From Candidatus Poribacteria bacterium (lineage in GTDB: Bacteria > Poribacteria > WGA-4E > PCPOR2b), in contig OZ244042.1 in NCBI GenBank assembly GCA_965215015.1, forward strand, positions 1,056,001 through 1,120,000: a stretch of DNA of 64,000 nucleotides. Direction: 5' to 3'. The translations under genes were made by a program, and so were the position numbers. Positions 1 through 10,400 of this stretch are shown here, in pieces (position 1 is the first letter of the stretch; every line of letters starts with the position of its first letter). The notes beneath the pieces are model-generated. The model was given only the letters and a program-made list of their open reading frames with translations. It made no database searches and had not been told where the DNA came from.

Positions 1-230
1 TGATCTACATCCCGCTCGCGGGCATCATCGACATTGAAAAAGAGAAAAACCGCTTACAGAAGCGGTTGGACAAGGTAGTTAAAGAACTCACCGGCACCCA
101 GAAAACGCTGGACAACCCGAAGTTCGTTGACCGTGCGCCGGAAGCAGTTGTTGAGCAGAAACGCACCCGGCTTGCAACCCTTGAATCAGAGCAGGAGAAG
201 CTAGTAGCCAATCTGGAGATGTTGGGTTAA
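1..230 (+). CDS. valS: Valyl-tRNA synthetase, C-terminal end (partial, runs off window)
   Basis: Frame from nt 3: IYIPLAGIIDIEKEKNRLQKRLDK...LDNPKFVDRAPEAVVEQKR...*, the ValRS C-terminal coiled coil; stop TAA at 228-230. Confidence 0.92.
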   Translation, partial: IYIPLAGIIDIEKEKNRLQKRLDKVVKELTGTQKTLDNPKFVDRAPEAVVEQKRTRLATLESEQEKLVANLEMLG

Positions 231-292
231 GAGGCTATTCCGATACGAGAGACAGGCGCAACCGAAATCTTTATAGATATAGGAGAAATAAG

Positions 293-550
293 ATGGACCT
301 CCATAAGGAAGTTGCCTTGAAAAAGCGACTTCGTACGGGATTCTTCAGAATCTGGGTAGTCTTGTACATATCCGCTGGCGCGATACTCTTCACTATCGGT
401 GCCATCGGGGCGCGTGGAGAAGATATGGAGTTAGGCTTCGCAGTATATTCTGGCATGACTATTAGCGCACTAGCAGTTGGCTACCTAATTATCAGGATGC
501 TCGTAGCCGCTTACTTCTGGATAGTTAAAGGGTTCAGAGGCGCGAAGTAA
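293..550 (+). CDS. Small hypothetical membrane protein (2 TM)
   Basis: AGGAG RBS, 85 aa, two hydrophobic segments. Confidence 0.6.
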   Translation: MDLHKEVALKKRLRTGFFRIWVVLYISAGAILFTIGAIGARGEDMELGFAVYSGMTISALAVGYLIIRMLVAAYFWIVKGFRGAK

Positions 551-734
551 GAGTATCCCCCGCCCGCGAAACGTGGTTTGCAGGTTCAAAACCTGCCGCG
601 GGCAGCCCCTATCTCTTAGGCTTCTATGAAGATGTAGTGGAAGCCTATACTCAGGCTGAAGCGTGGGAAAAGGTCAGGGAGATGCCCTTTAACGCTGAAG
701 CGTTTCGGATTGTCTGTTATCGTGAAGGATTAAA

Positions 735-1913
735 ATGACAATAGTTGAGCGAGATTATTCCAACGCGAAAAAGTTAAGAATTGTCGTGGTAGGAGCAGGG
801 ATTGTTGGGGCATCGATAGCCTATCACCTGTCGCGTCGCAAAGATGTTGCCCTGACCGTTCTTGAGCGAGATGAACCGTGTGCGGGAGCGTCGGGACATT
901 CTTTTGCGTGGCTGAACTCCTTCGGCAAAGATCCTGTGAGCTATCACCACTTCAATCGCCGGTCAATGGACATCTGGGATCGATTCGCTCGCAGGCTGGG
1001 AGGAGATCTTGACCTCCACTGGGGTGGTGAACTTCGGTGGGAAAGTACGCCGGAGCGAGCTGAGGCATTGCGTCAACGCATCAAGCAGCTACAGGCATGG
1101 GGTTATCCCATCCGCATTATTTCGATCGATGAACTCTGCGAACTTGAACCTAGCCTTTCACCCGGTCCCGTGACGACAGCCTCTTTTTCGGAGGTTGACG
1201 GGCGGGTAGATCCGTTCAAAGTAATTGAAGCCTGTTTACAGCGGGCGCGTGAGAGCGGAACTGTGGTGCATACCCACACCCCGGTCACCGAACTATGCCT
1301 TGACAGGCGGGGAAAGGTAGAAGCGATTAATACCCCCACCGGAGAAATCAGTTGTGATGTGGTGGTATTGGCGAACGGAACTTCTGTAACGGAACTGGCC
1401 GCCACCGCCAGGGTCTACATCCCCCAGCAGAACAGTCCCGGCATAGTGATTCGCACCAATCCGCAGCCACCGATACTACACAACGTTTCAGTGCTGCACC
1501 TACCCCCCATTGACGAGGAGCGGCATGAAATTCACCTGCGACAATCCACCGACGGGACGCTTGCTATCGGTCAAGGCTCACAGGAAAGCGTAGACCAAGA
1601 CGACTCCCAAGAACACGCGGATGCCCTGTTAAGCCGCGCCTTACATTATCTACCAACCCTCGCCGGCGCACGAGCGATTCCAACGCCGGTGGGTTACCGT
1701 CCAATGCCGATTGACGAGTTACCGGTTATAGGATTTTGTGCGGCAGTGCCCAATCTGTATATCGCTGTGATGCACAGTGGAATCACGTTAGCACCTTTGG
1801 TGGGAGAATTGGCAACAGTAGAAATTATTGATGAAGCCCGTGTTGAAATGCTTGCTCCATATCGCCCGGAACGGTTCAGGTCCGCTAATCGCGCGAAATT
1901 TACACTAATATAG
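735..1913 (+). CDS. FAD-dependent oxidoreductase, DAO/glycine oxidase family
   Basis: VVVGAGIVG FAD motif, GASGHS, GYRP, MHSGITLAP. Confidence 0.9.
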   Translation: MTIVERDYSNAKKLRIVVVGAGIVGASIAYHLSRRKDVALTVLERDEPCAGASGHSFAWLNSFGKDPVSYHHFNRRSMDIWDRFARRLGGDLDLHWGGELRWESTPERAEALRQRIKQLQAWGYPIRIISIDELCELEPSLSPGPVTTASFSEVDGRVDPFKVIEACLQRARESGTVVHTHTPVTELCLDRRGKVEAINTPTGEISCDVVVLANGTSVTELAATARVYIPQQNSPGIVIRTNPQPPILHNVSVLHLPPIDEERHEIHLRQSTDGTLAIGQGSQESVDQDDSQEHADALLSRALHYLPTLAGARAIPTPVGYRPMPIDELPVIGFCAAVPNLYIAVMHSGITLAPLVGELATVEIIDEARVEMLAPYRPERFRSANRAKFTLI

Positions 1914-2080
1914 TCTCACCATCAGAGGCTCTTTCGTGCAGATTCGTGGATTCGGAACCGAGTAGTAAGAAATAGAAGTTTTGGTAGTCTCCTCTACATT
2001 GCTAGCAGCTCCGGCGAGCCAAGGGTTTGCAACTTGCTCTGCCGGTCATAAGAAGGCACTAAACTGAAAGAGGCTTAAAT

Positions 2081-2449
2081 ATGATTCAAGTGAAGGAACA
2101 GCTAGAACAGTGCTTGGACAAATTTCGCGTGGGTAGGTTGACGGAGCAGGATTTGCATCAAGCGTTGGAAAACGTCAATGGTGAATTGGACACAGCGGCA
2201 AAGCCCCAACGCCTGTTATATCTTCAAGCCACCAATACGTCAGTTACTTCATCGGTTGAGGGCATGTCAATTGTGGATAGTGACGGCGTGCACAACGGGC
2301 CCGACGAGCCTGAAGATTGGCCCTACCAAACTGTGCACGAGGCAATGCTTGACGGCTGGCGTATCGTCAAGTTTCCCGAAATGACGCTGATGCTGGTGGG
2401 GGAAAACGAAACCTATGGACTCGGCTGCGAATTTATCCTCGAAAAGTGA
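2081..2449 (+). CDS. Conserved hypothetical protein heading a PhyH operon
   Basis: 122 aa ORF with GAGG RBS, WPYQTVHEAMLDGWRIV motif. Confidence 0.75.
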   Translation: MIQVKEQLEQCLDKFRVGRLTEQDLHQALENVNGELDTAAKPQRLLYLQATNTSVTSSVEGMSIVDSDGVHNGPDEPEDWPYQTVHEAMLDGWRIVKFPEMTLMLVGENETYGLGCEFILEK

Positions 2450-2496
2450 ACCCACAATCGCAGCGTTTCTACGAAAGGATTGAAAGGATTTTACCG

Positions 2497-3330
2497 ATGA
2501 TCGATCAAACATACGATTGCGAACCGATATTAACAGATCAACAGGTAATCGAATTTTGTCAGAAGGGATTTATCATCCTCGAAAGCGTGGTGTCAGATGA
2601 AGTCAATCGCCGCGTCTCAGATTTTCTGGATGGGCACCCTCACTTAGAACCGGTCGAAATCCTCGCTGAAGACTGGTTCGTCGAAGGCGTCCTCAAAAAT
2701 CCACAGGCAGCAGGGGCGGTACGGTCGCTGTTGGGAAAGAACTTCAAGCTGCCAATGATCATGAGCAACCACCGTGTTGAATGCCCTAGGACGCTGAGCT
2801 GTGGCTGGCATCGTGACGGCGGTGCCATTGACGGAACACGGCTCGAATTTTTACAGGTATTTTACTATCCCCAAGACACGCCGAAAGAAATGGGACCGAC
2901 CGAATTGGTGCCGAGCTCACATTTGGTCCGCACCAAACGCCGCTTTATGAGTCACTACGGCAACATCCGAAAGGGCGTCAAAACGGCAGCACCGGCGGGC
3001 TCAATTTTTATTACGCACTACAGCATTTGGCACCGCGCCACCTCCGCCACCGGCAGCGGCATCCGCAACCTGCTTAAATACAACTATTGGCGGACAGTCC
3101 CGCCGCAACGTGATTGGGTGGTTGATCCTTCTATTGACTTTATGCAGACGCGGTTCATGCCAGACGTTTCAGTCCTTGAAAAGTGGTACGATTCCATTCA
3201 TGTTGCCCGGTTGTTCCAGTGGTTGTGTGGCCTCGGTGACGATTTCGATTTCAAGGGAGGCCAATCCTGGCCCATCACTGCTGGTGGGGGCTATAACACA
3301 ACCGAGGGGCTACCACCCGGACTGGCTTGA
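2497..3330 (+). CDS. Phytanoyl-CoA dioxygenase (PhyH) family Fe/2OG dioxygenase
   Basis: WHRD...GPTELVPSSH...WHRA; ATG 2497 after GAAAGGA (alternative GTG 2446). Confidence 0.88.
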   Translation: MIDQTYDCEPILTDQQVIEFCQKGFIILESVVSDEVNRRVSDFLDGHPHLEPVEILAEDWFVEGVLKNPQAAGAVRSLLGKNFKLPMIMSNHRVECPRTLSCGWHRDGGAIDGTRLEFLQVFYYPQDTPKEMGPTELVPSSHLVRTKRRFMSHYGNIRKGVKTAAPAGSIFITHYSIWHRATSATGSGIRNLLKYNYWRTVPPQRDWVVDPSIDFMQTRFMPDVSVLEKWYDSIHVARLFQWLCGLGDDFDFKGGQSWPITAGGGYNTTEGLPPGLA

Positions 3331-3356
3331 GACATCATAGGAAGGAGCATTAACCG

Positions 3357-4187
3357 ATGCAACCAACACAGAATACTTCCACAGCAGAGGTGCCCTCAAG
3401 GTCAGCCGCCGAATTGATTGCTTACGATAGTCGAAAAGAACGAGCACAGGCGATGGAGCGTGAGGGCTTTGTTTTTCTTCCCGCGGTTCTCAGTCCTGAA
3501 CAGGTTCAAGAATTGCGCGCATGTTCCGACCGTATCCAAACTGTCGCAACACCGAGGTGGGACTTTATTGATCCCAACGGCAGCGGGATTAAAACTATCC
3601 AGAATGCGTTTAACCGAGATCCACTCTATCTCGATTTCCTAGATAAACCGGGCGTCCTCGAATTGGTCGAGGATACTCTAGGCGAAGACTGCCATATCAT
3701 CCAGATGACTCAGTGGAATACGGGGAAGCGGGAAGAGCAGGGAATGCACACCGATTGGAAGCCAGTTCTGCTGCCCAACGATGTAGCACTTGATCCGCGG
3801 GTTAAGATCCCGGCACTGATTATGACCGCCCACTTTTATCTAGATGATATGTACGAAGCTCTTGGACCAACGCGTATCATTCCCGGCAGCCACCGGGCCG
3901 GCGTAAAACCTGAACGGGATCAGGATAAGTGGAATGACGCGGAGGAACAATCAATTCTCTGCCAAGCAGGTGATGTGATTGTTTTCAGGAGCGATGTGTG
4001 GCATCGAGGCGGTGCCAATCGTACCGATCAGGTCCGCTATCTGCTGCAAGTCCATTACGCCAATCGGTGGATCGCCCAACGATTTCCACCTTTTCTGAGT
4101 TTTCAGTTTGATCCGGAAATTTTATCGAAGGCCACGCCGCGCCAGCGCAGGCTGTTAGGCGAACATCACCCAGGCCCCTTTGCTTAA
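3357..4187 (+). CDS. PhyH family dioxygenase
   Basis: MHTD, GPTRIIPGSH, WHRG motifs. Confidence 0.9.
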   Translation: MQPTQNTSTAEVPSRSAAELIAYDSRKERAQAMEREGFVFLPAVLSPEQVQELRACSDRIQTVATPRWDFIDPNGSGIKTIQNAFNRDPLYLDFLDKPGVLELVEDTLGEDCHIIQMTQWNTGKREEQGMHTDWKPVLLPNDVALDPRVKIPALIMTAHFYLDDMYEALGPTRIIPGSHRAGVKPERDQDKWNDAEEQSILCQAGDVIVFRSDVWHRGGANRTDQVRYLLQVHYANRWIAQRFPPFLSFQFDPEILSKATPRQRRLLGEHHPGPFA

Positions 4188-4250
4188 AACAAGAGTATTC
4201 TTGCAAGGGTGCAAAATCGCCGCACAGTTTTTAGTCAGGAGAATGCTCTC

Positions 4251-4832
4251 ATGATCGACATTGTATCAACACCGGTTGTCAACAGATAGAAAGATAATAT
4301 AGCAGAATTCGATATTGTTTCCAAACAGCTTGTTAAAGATTATCCCGCGTATTTCGTTCGGTTCATGTTTGAACAAGAGTGTCGAAGTTCTGGAAGTCAT
4401 TGACATTGAGCAACCTACTGTCGAATCCCGATCAATGGATAGCCTCATACGGGTACGATCCATGGTGAGGAATCATTGATACATAACGAATTTCAAACGG
4501 GGGACAGTATGAATCCGCCAATGCCACGCCGCATGACGGGATATATTGGTCAGACGATTGAAATCTACGGACTTCCCATTTGTTCCAACGTTATCTATCT
4601 TCGTCCGGAGGCCGGACAAAGAGATTCGGGGCAGTACGTGCAGGAGAGGGTTGGGGATCATATCATCATCCAGTATAAGGTCATAAGATTGATCAAAATT
4701 GAAGGACAAGCAATTATCGAGCAAGAACTCTGGGGGCGGCTCCCCTTCACTCCACTGATGAAAACGTCTCAAGGAATAGTTGCCAACAGTGGTTGCGGCG
4801 ATGTGTTCAAACCGCAGACGCTCTGCCTTTGA
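4251..4832 (+). pseudogene. Frameshifted Rpn/putative transposase-like (PD-(D/E)XK) gene remnant
   Basis: Pieces in different frames: FDIVSKQLVKDYP / EQPTVESRSMDSLIRV / HNEFQT...MPRRMTGY...VIYLRP; truncated 3' end. Confidence 0.6.
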
Positions 4833-4979
4833 ATCACACAAACAAGTCAAATTTTTTCACAGACATCGCTCTCCTCACCCCAACGTTCAATGGGTAGCAA
4901 CTTGGTTTATAGTACATTCAGTTGAGCATAATAATGCAGATTTAGCTTTTGATAATAGCGAACATAAAAGGGAGTACGC

Positions 4980-7079
4980 ATGACTTTCAGGTATCGTCTG
5001 GGAGTAGACATTGGAGGGACGTTCACCGATGCAACCCTGATCAACGAGGAAACAGGTGAGATCCGCGTCGGCAAAGTGCCTTCGACACCCCAAGACCCGT
5101 CACACGGTTTTATGGAGGCGACCCATCGTATACTACGCGAAGCCGACGTGTCGCCGGACGAGGTCGGTTACGTCGTTCACGGCACAACTGTGGCAACCAA
5201 CTCAATCATTGAAGGGAAGGTCGCCCGCACAGGTTTCATTACGACCGACGGCTTTCGCGATCTGCTGGAGATTCAGCGACAGATACGACCGTCACTCTAC
5301 GATTTACAATTTGAAAAACCTCGTCCCCTGACGCCCCGTTATCTGTGCTTCGGCGTACCTGAACGATTGGATGCACAAGGAAGTGTGCTCACACCCCTTG
5401 ATGAGTCCGCAGTCAGGCATGTAGCCGAACAACTACGTCAAGAAGATGTGGAATCGATTGCTGTTTGCTTCCTCCACGCCTATATCAATCCGAGCCATGA
5501 GAAACGGACAGGGAAGATTCTACGCGAAGCCCTCCCGGACACCGTCATCTCCCTTTCATCGGAGGTGGCCCCGGAGTTCCGGGAGTATTTCCGGGCAAGT
5601 ACGACGGTCATCAACGCTTCCATTAGGCCCGTCGTCGGGCGTTACCTCCAGAGTATTGAAGCACGGTTGCGGGCGGAGGGACTGGAGGCAGAATTGCTTG
5701 TGATGCAAAGCAGTGGCGGAGTTTTCACATTTGCGGCAGCGAGCGAGAAACCGGTCTTCATGGTAGAGTCGGGGCCCGCAGCAGGCGTCATTGCCGCGAC
5801 CTATCTAGGCACGACATTGGAATGCCCGGATGTCATCTCTTTCGACATGGGGGGCACCACAGCGAAGGCAGGACTTATCCAGAACGGGACACCACGAGTC
5901 ACCAAGGACTACGAGGTTGGAACAGCGGCTCAAACCGGCGTGGGTGCCTCCCGTGGTGCAGGCTATCCTATCCGCACCCCCGTCATCGATCTTGTGGAGA
6001 TTGGTGCCGGGGGAGGCTCTATCGCTTGGGTGGACTCCGGCGGGGTGCTGCGAGTAGGACCGCAGAGCGCAGGTGCGGATCCAGGTCCGGTGTGCTATGG
6101 AACGGGCGGCACCGAACCGACCATTACCGATGCTAATCTGGTCCTAGGGCGACTCAACCCCAGCTTTTTCTTAGGCGGTGAAATTGAATTAGATGTTGAG
6201 GCAGCGCGTCGGGCAATCCAAGAAAACTGTGCAGATCCGTTGAATCTTGATGTTGTAGACGCAGCTCACGGCATCGTGGAGATCGCTAATGCTGCAATGG
6301 TCAATGCTTTGCGACTTGTCTCTGTTCAGCGCGGTTACGATCCCAGAGACTTCGTGCTAACAGCGTTTGGCGGTGCGGGTCCGGTACACGCCAATCGCTT
6401 GGCGGCAGAAATTGAAGCACCCACCACCATTATCCCTATGAGCCCCGGTACAACTTCAGCCATGGGCTTGCTGGTGACTGACCTCAAGCATGACTACTCC
6501 ACGACCCTCATTCAACACGTCGATCAATTGAATACGGCGGCGGTAGAGGAGACCTACCAAGAGTTGGAAGCACAGGGAGGTGCAAGTCTAGAGCGGGAGG
6601 GCGTGCGTCAGGAGGACATCAGTTTCCGCCGACAGGTGGATATGCGCTATGTAGGACAAAGCTACGAGCTGACAGTGCTGTTACCGGCGGAACAGCTGGA
6701 TGTTTCAAAGATTGACCGTGTGCTTGAACAGTTTCATATCGAGCATGACCGCGCATACGGCTATAGTGCACCTGAAGAACCGGCCGAGTTCGTGAACCTG
6801 AGACTTACTGCAATCGGCAAAATCGCCAAGCCCCGCCTACGCGAGTTGGAAGGCAGCAACACAAACATCGCTGCAGCCCAGAAAGCTACCCGGTCCGTTT
6901 ATTTTGCCGAGAGTGGCGGCTATGTTGAATGCCCCATCTATGACCGCTATCGCCTGGGACCCGACTGCGTCTTGACGGGACCAGCAATCGTTGAAGAGAT
7001 CGATTCCACCACGGTCATCCACCCCGGCTACCGTGCACAGGTTGACAGGTTCGGTAACCTGATCCTGGCTCGAATTTAA
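4980..7079 (+). CDS. Hydantoinase/oxoprolinase subunit A
   Basis: DIGGTFTD, HGTTVATN, ESGPAAG, DMGGTT, GPQSAGADPGP. Confidence 0.93.
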   Translation: MTFRYRLGVDIGGTFTDATLINEETGEIRVGKVPSTPQDPSHGFMEATHRILREADVSPDEVGYVVHGTTVATNSIIEGKVARTGFITTDGFRDLLEIQRQIRPSLYDLQFEKPRPLTPRYLCFGVPERLDAQGSVLTPLDESAVRHVAEQLRQEDVESIAVCFLHAYINPSHEKRTGKILREALPDTVISLSSEVAPEFREYFRASTTVINASIRPVVGRYLQSIEARLRAEGLEAELLVMQSSGGVFTFAAASEKPVFMVESGPAAGVIAATYLGTTLECPDVISFDMGGTTAKAGLIQNGTPRVTKDYEVGTAAQTGVGASRGAGYPIRTPVIDLVEIGAGGGSIAWVDSGGVLRVGPQSAGADPGPVCYGTGGTEPTITDANLVLGRLNPSFFLGGEIELDVEAARRAIQENCADPLNLDVVDAAHGIVEIANAAMVNALRLVSVQRGYDPRDFVLTAFGGAGPVHANRLAAEIEAPTTIIPMSPGTTSAMGLLVTDLKHDYSTTLIQHVDQLNTAAVEETYQELEAQGGASLEREGVRQEDISFRRQVDMRYVGQSYELTVLLPAEQLDVSKIDRVLEQFHIEHDRAYGYSAPEEPAEFVNLRLTAIGKIAKPRLRELEGSNTNIAAAQKATRSVYFAESGGYVECPIYDRYRLGPDCVLTGPAIVEEIDSTTVIHPGYRAQVDRFGNLILARI

Positions 7080-7123
7080 TCAGGATTTTTCCAAGTTCGT
7101 CAACGCAGCCTAGGAGATTCTTC

Positions 7124-8395
7124 TTGAGCACAACAACAGCCAATAGCAGCGCACCAATTGGATACCGCGAGTTGATTCGTGGCAATCGCAATTTTCGCCT
7201 GCTTTGGCTTGGGCAGATTATCAGTCTTCTAGGGGATTGGTTCAATTTCGTCGCTTCCGCTTCGCTCATCGCGATACTGACCCAGTCTGGATTCGCTGTC
7301 GGCAGCCTCTTCGTCGTTCGTATGCTCGCACCATTCTTCGTCAGTCCTATCACTGGCGTAGTTGCCGACCGCTATAATCGCAAACACATCCTCATTATAA
7401 CGGACTTGGCGCGCGTCGTGGTCGCATTTGGCTTCCTTTTGGTTCGGACCGCAGATGATGTTTGGCTGCTTTACGTCTTGACCGCCCTCCAACTTGGAAT
7501 CGGTAGTTTTTTCTTTCCCGCGCGAAATGCGATTTTGCCCGACGTTGTTTCATCGCAGGTACTCGGTGCTGCCAACGCCTTGGGATCCGCTACCTGGTCG
7601 GTTATGCTCGCTGTGGGTGCTGCTATCGGCGGAATTGTATCCGGCGCATGGGGCATCTACCCCGCCTTTGTCATTGACGGCTTGACATTTCTCCTCTCAG
7701 CCGCATTCATCGCCCGGATCAAACTCGATGTGGAGTCAGTTCTCGCCGCGTCGGATCAAACTATCGGGGGTGCTTTCAAAGAGTACCTTGACGGTTTACG
7801 TTACCTTGGTAGGCACACCGACACACTGGTCATCGCATTGCATAAGGCTGCCAGCGCGCTGATGATGGGTTCTGGATCTCAGGTGGGATTGGTCGCCATC
7901 GCCAAAGAGATCTTTGTCACTGGAGAAGGTGGGGGTATCAGTCTCGGTCTTATGCTTGGGATGGGTGGCGTTGGAACAGGTGTGGGGCCCATCATCGCCC
8001 GTCGTTTCACCGGGGACAAGGATCTCCCACTGCGGAATACCATCATTTTCGGCTACCTGATGGGCGCTGTGGGGCTCGCCATCGTCGCGCCGATGGTTCA
8101 CTTCGGCTGGGTACTTTTGGGGGTTACCCTTCGTGGAATTGGTGGGGGAATTATCTGGGTATTCTCAACACAACTACTATTGCATCTCACCCCCAATACG
8201 GTTCGCGGGCGGGTCTTTGCCACCGATTTTGCCCTTTTTACGCTGATGAGTGCCATCGGTTCTGCGGTTGCTGGCGGAGCACTCGACGCTTCACTGAGCC
8301 TCCCGGCAATTTTCTGGTGGATGGCGGGTTTGACGCTGATCCCAGCGATTCTGTGGGCGATATGGCTAGGCAAAAGAATAAAACGCGAAACGTGA
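7124..8395 (+). CDS. MFS transporter
   Basis: About 12 TM segments, GVVADRYNRK motif A; TTG start after AGGAG. Confidence 0.9.
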   Translation: MSTTTANSSAPIGYRELIRGNRNFRLLWLGQIISLLGDWFNFVASASLIAILTQSGFAVGSLFVVRMLAPFFVSPITGVVADRYNRKHILIITDLARVVVAFGFLLVRTADDVWLLYVLTALQLGIGSFFFPARNAILPDVVSSQVLGAANALGSATWSVMLAVGAAIGGIVSGAWGIYPAFVIDGLTFLLSAAFIARIKLDVESVLAASDQTIGGAFKEYLDGLRYLGRHTDTLVIALHKAASALMMGSGSQVGLVAIAKEIFVTGEGGGISLGLMLGMGGVGTGVGPIIARRFTGDKDLPLRNTIIFGYLMGAVGLAIVAPMVHFGWVLLGVTLRGIGGGIIWVFSTQLLLHLTPNTVRGRVFATDFALFTLMSAIGSAVAGGALDASLSLPAIFWWMAGLTLIPAILWAIWLGKRIKRET

Positions 8396-8518
8396 AAAGG
8401 AACGCAAGGGCACCAGGACGCAAAAAAAAACAATAAAGGTTCTTCTTTGCACCTTTGCGTTAAGATAAGTGGATTTGAAGTGCCGGGATGTCACGGTTGG
8501 TGCAGATTCGTGGACGCT

Positions 8519-9229
8519 TCACTGACCGTATCCCAGACTGCGGAGATGTGCGACAGCTTGCTTCATATCGCCCGCCGCCTGCATAATCCATGGCCCCTGG
8601 AAGCCCACGCCCTCAAGCACCCACCGGACGCCTGCGAAATCTACCGACCCTGTGCCGAGTGTGGGGAAATCCCATTCGTCAAAATTACCGCTATGGTCCT
8701 TTAAATGGGTGCTCGCAACATATTGTGCAACCTTTTTCAACTCTGTGACCGCATCCGTTCCATTGGTATAGAAACTGATGTTCCCCGTATCAAAGTTGAT
8801 TCTGATGTTCGGATGGTCAGTCGCCTCCATGGTTTTCAACGCAACTTCGGCATTATGAAGGAGTGACGGGTGTGTTTCGAGCGCGACGGTGATACCGCGT
8901 TGCGCTGCTTCATCGCCCATCGTTTTCAGCCAGTCACAGACCTTCGGTCTCATCTCTTCATCGGCTTTGATACTGCTGAGTGCGAGATCCACGCCCATTT
9001 TGACCGCTGCATCAAAAGCATTTACCCAGGCTCGGCTCGCTGCCTCAGTCGCAACGGTATCCTCTTCAAGATACAACGCGGTCAGTCCAATGGCTTGCAG
9101 CCCTTTTGCTTTGAGATCTGCCTGAAGCTCTTCAACCTTTTCGGGTTCAGGTGCACCCACTTGAACATATTGGATGCCATGTTCTAAAAGCTCTGCACCG
9201 CCTCCTATATTCGCCAATACGTTTTTCAT
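8519..9229 (-). CDS. Sugar phosphate isomerase/epimerase (xylose isomerase-like TIM barrel)
   Basis: ALETH, NFDTGN, HLKD, LGTGSVDF. Confidence 0.85.
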   Translation of the reverse strand: MKNVLANIGGGAELLEHGIQYVQVGAPEPEKVEELQADLKAKGLQAIGLTALYLEEDTVATEAASRAWVNAFDAAVKMGVDLALSSIKADEEMRPKVCDWLKTMGDEAAQRGITVALETHPSLLHNAEVALKTMEATDHPNIRINFDTGNISFYTNGTDAVTELKKVAQYVASTHLKDHSGNFDEWDFPTLGTGSVDFAGVRWVLEGVGFQGPWIMQAAGDMKQAVAHLRSLGYGQ

Positions 9230-9380
9230 AATGACCCCTTTCTGCGCGGCTGAATCGCGCTTCTGCTCTGTCCGATTTATACAATTTGTGCATGACTATG
9301 TACTATGTTACACTTTTGGAGTGTAGATCGCAAGTCGTTTGTTGATTTGGTCTGTTTTTTTTATATTTTTTTTTTAATCG

Positions 9381-9389
9381 TGCTATAAT
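9381..9389 (+). promoter_or_regulatory. Extended -10 promoter (TGcTATAAT) upstream of 9446
   Basis: tgctataat preceded by a T-rich tract. Confidence 0.5.
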
Positions 9390-9445
9390 GTTTGTTTAAC
9401 CGACGGAGTTTTCCGCCGCGAAATGAGTGAGGAACCATTTTTACC

Positions 9446-10256
9446 ATGCTTAACGATTCACAAATTGCCACATTCAAAGAAGAAGGCTACCTGATTATTG
9501 AGGACCTTTTCACCGAAGAGGACTTGCGCCCGGTGAAGGACGAGTTCAATACTGTTATCGAAGTGCAGGCGCAGCAACTTTATCAAGCCGGGCGATTGAG
9601 TACTTTGTACGAAAATGAGTCATTTGAGCGGCGGTTGGCGAAGATTGCTGCCGAAGCACCTGAAGCAGCCTCAGCACTACAAACCCGTGCTCATAAAGAT
9701 GAGGGATTGTTTCAGTTCATGAAGCATCCTAAAATTCTTGACCGGGTAGAGTCGCTGGTGGGGCCCGATATCCTGTGTCATCCCTCCTATAACATCCATC
9801 CACGCTTACCGGGAGGATATACCAGTCCGCATCAGGATGCGGGATATTACCTGCCTGATGGCGACGAGACGTTGATTCTGGCGTGCTTGATACCGTTAGT
9901 TGATACCACTCTGGAGTGAGGGCGGGCTAAATATCCCGATCGAAGATGTCTCAGAGGCAGAGCGGCAGCCGCTCCCTACAAAGGTAGGCAGCATGGTGAT
10001 GTTCAGCAGTATGACCCCGCACGGTTCACGGGTCAATGAAACAGATACCATCCGTTGGAGTATGGACTTACGCTACCAAGCACTTGGGAAACCCACCGGA
10101 CGTTGGTATATTCCCGGTTTTGTCGCCCGGAGTCGCTCAAACGCCGAATTGGAGACACCTAACTGTAAGGAATGGATCGCTGAAGTTGAGCGCGTCGAGC
10201 AGAACGCAAACAGATACCCGGAATGGCCACGTTATCGCTGGCCCCAGACACCGTAG
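9446..10256 (+). pseudogene. PhyH family dioxygenase split by an internal deletion/frameshift
   Basis: 5' part has PHQD (9446-9919); 3' part has PHGS...RWSMD in another frame; the usual GCLxxxPGSH segment is missing at the junction near 9915. Confidence 0.8.
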
Positions 10257-10400
10257 ATACACCCTCATAACCGATGGTGCTAGTTTGCAACTGTTGTTCA
10301 TTAGTCCATTGGTTCATTAATGGACTGTTGAAGGATGTGGAAATGGCAACCTCACCAACAAGCACCAAAGGTTTATCATGGCTCGAAAGGAAGTGAAGAG

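Noticed and set aside
9900-9925. TGA at 9917-9919 as another Sec codon
   Set aside because: The downstream PhyH half is in a different frame and a conserved segment is missing; this is a deletion.
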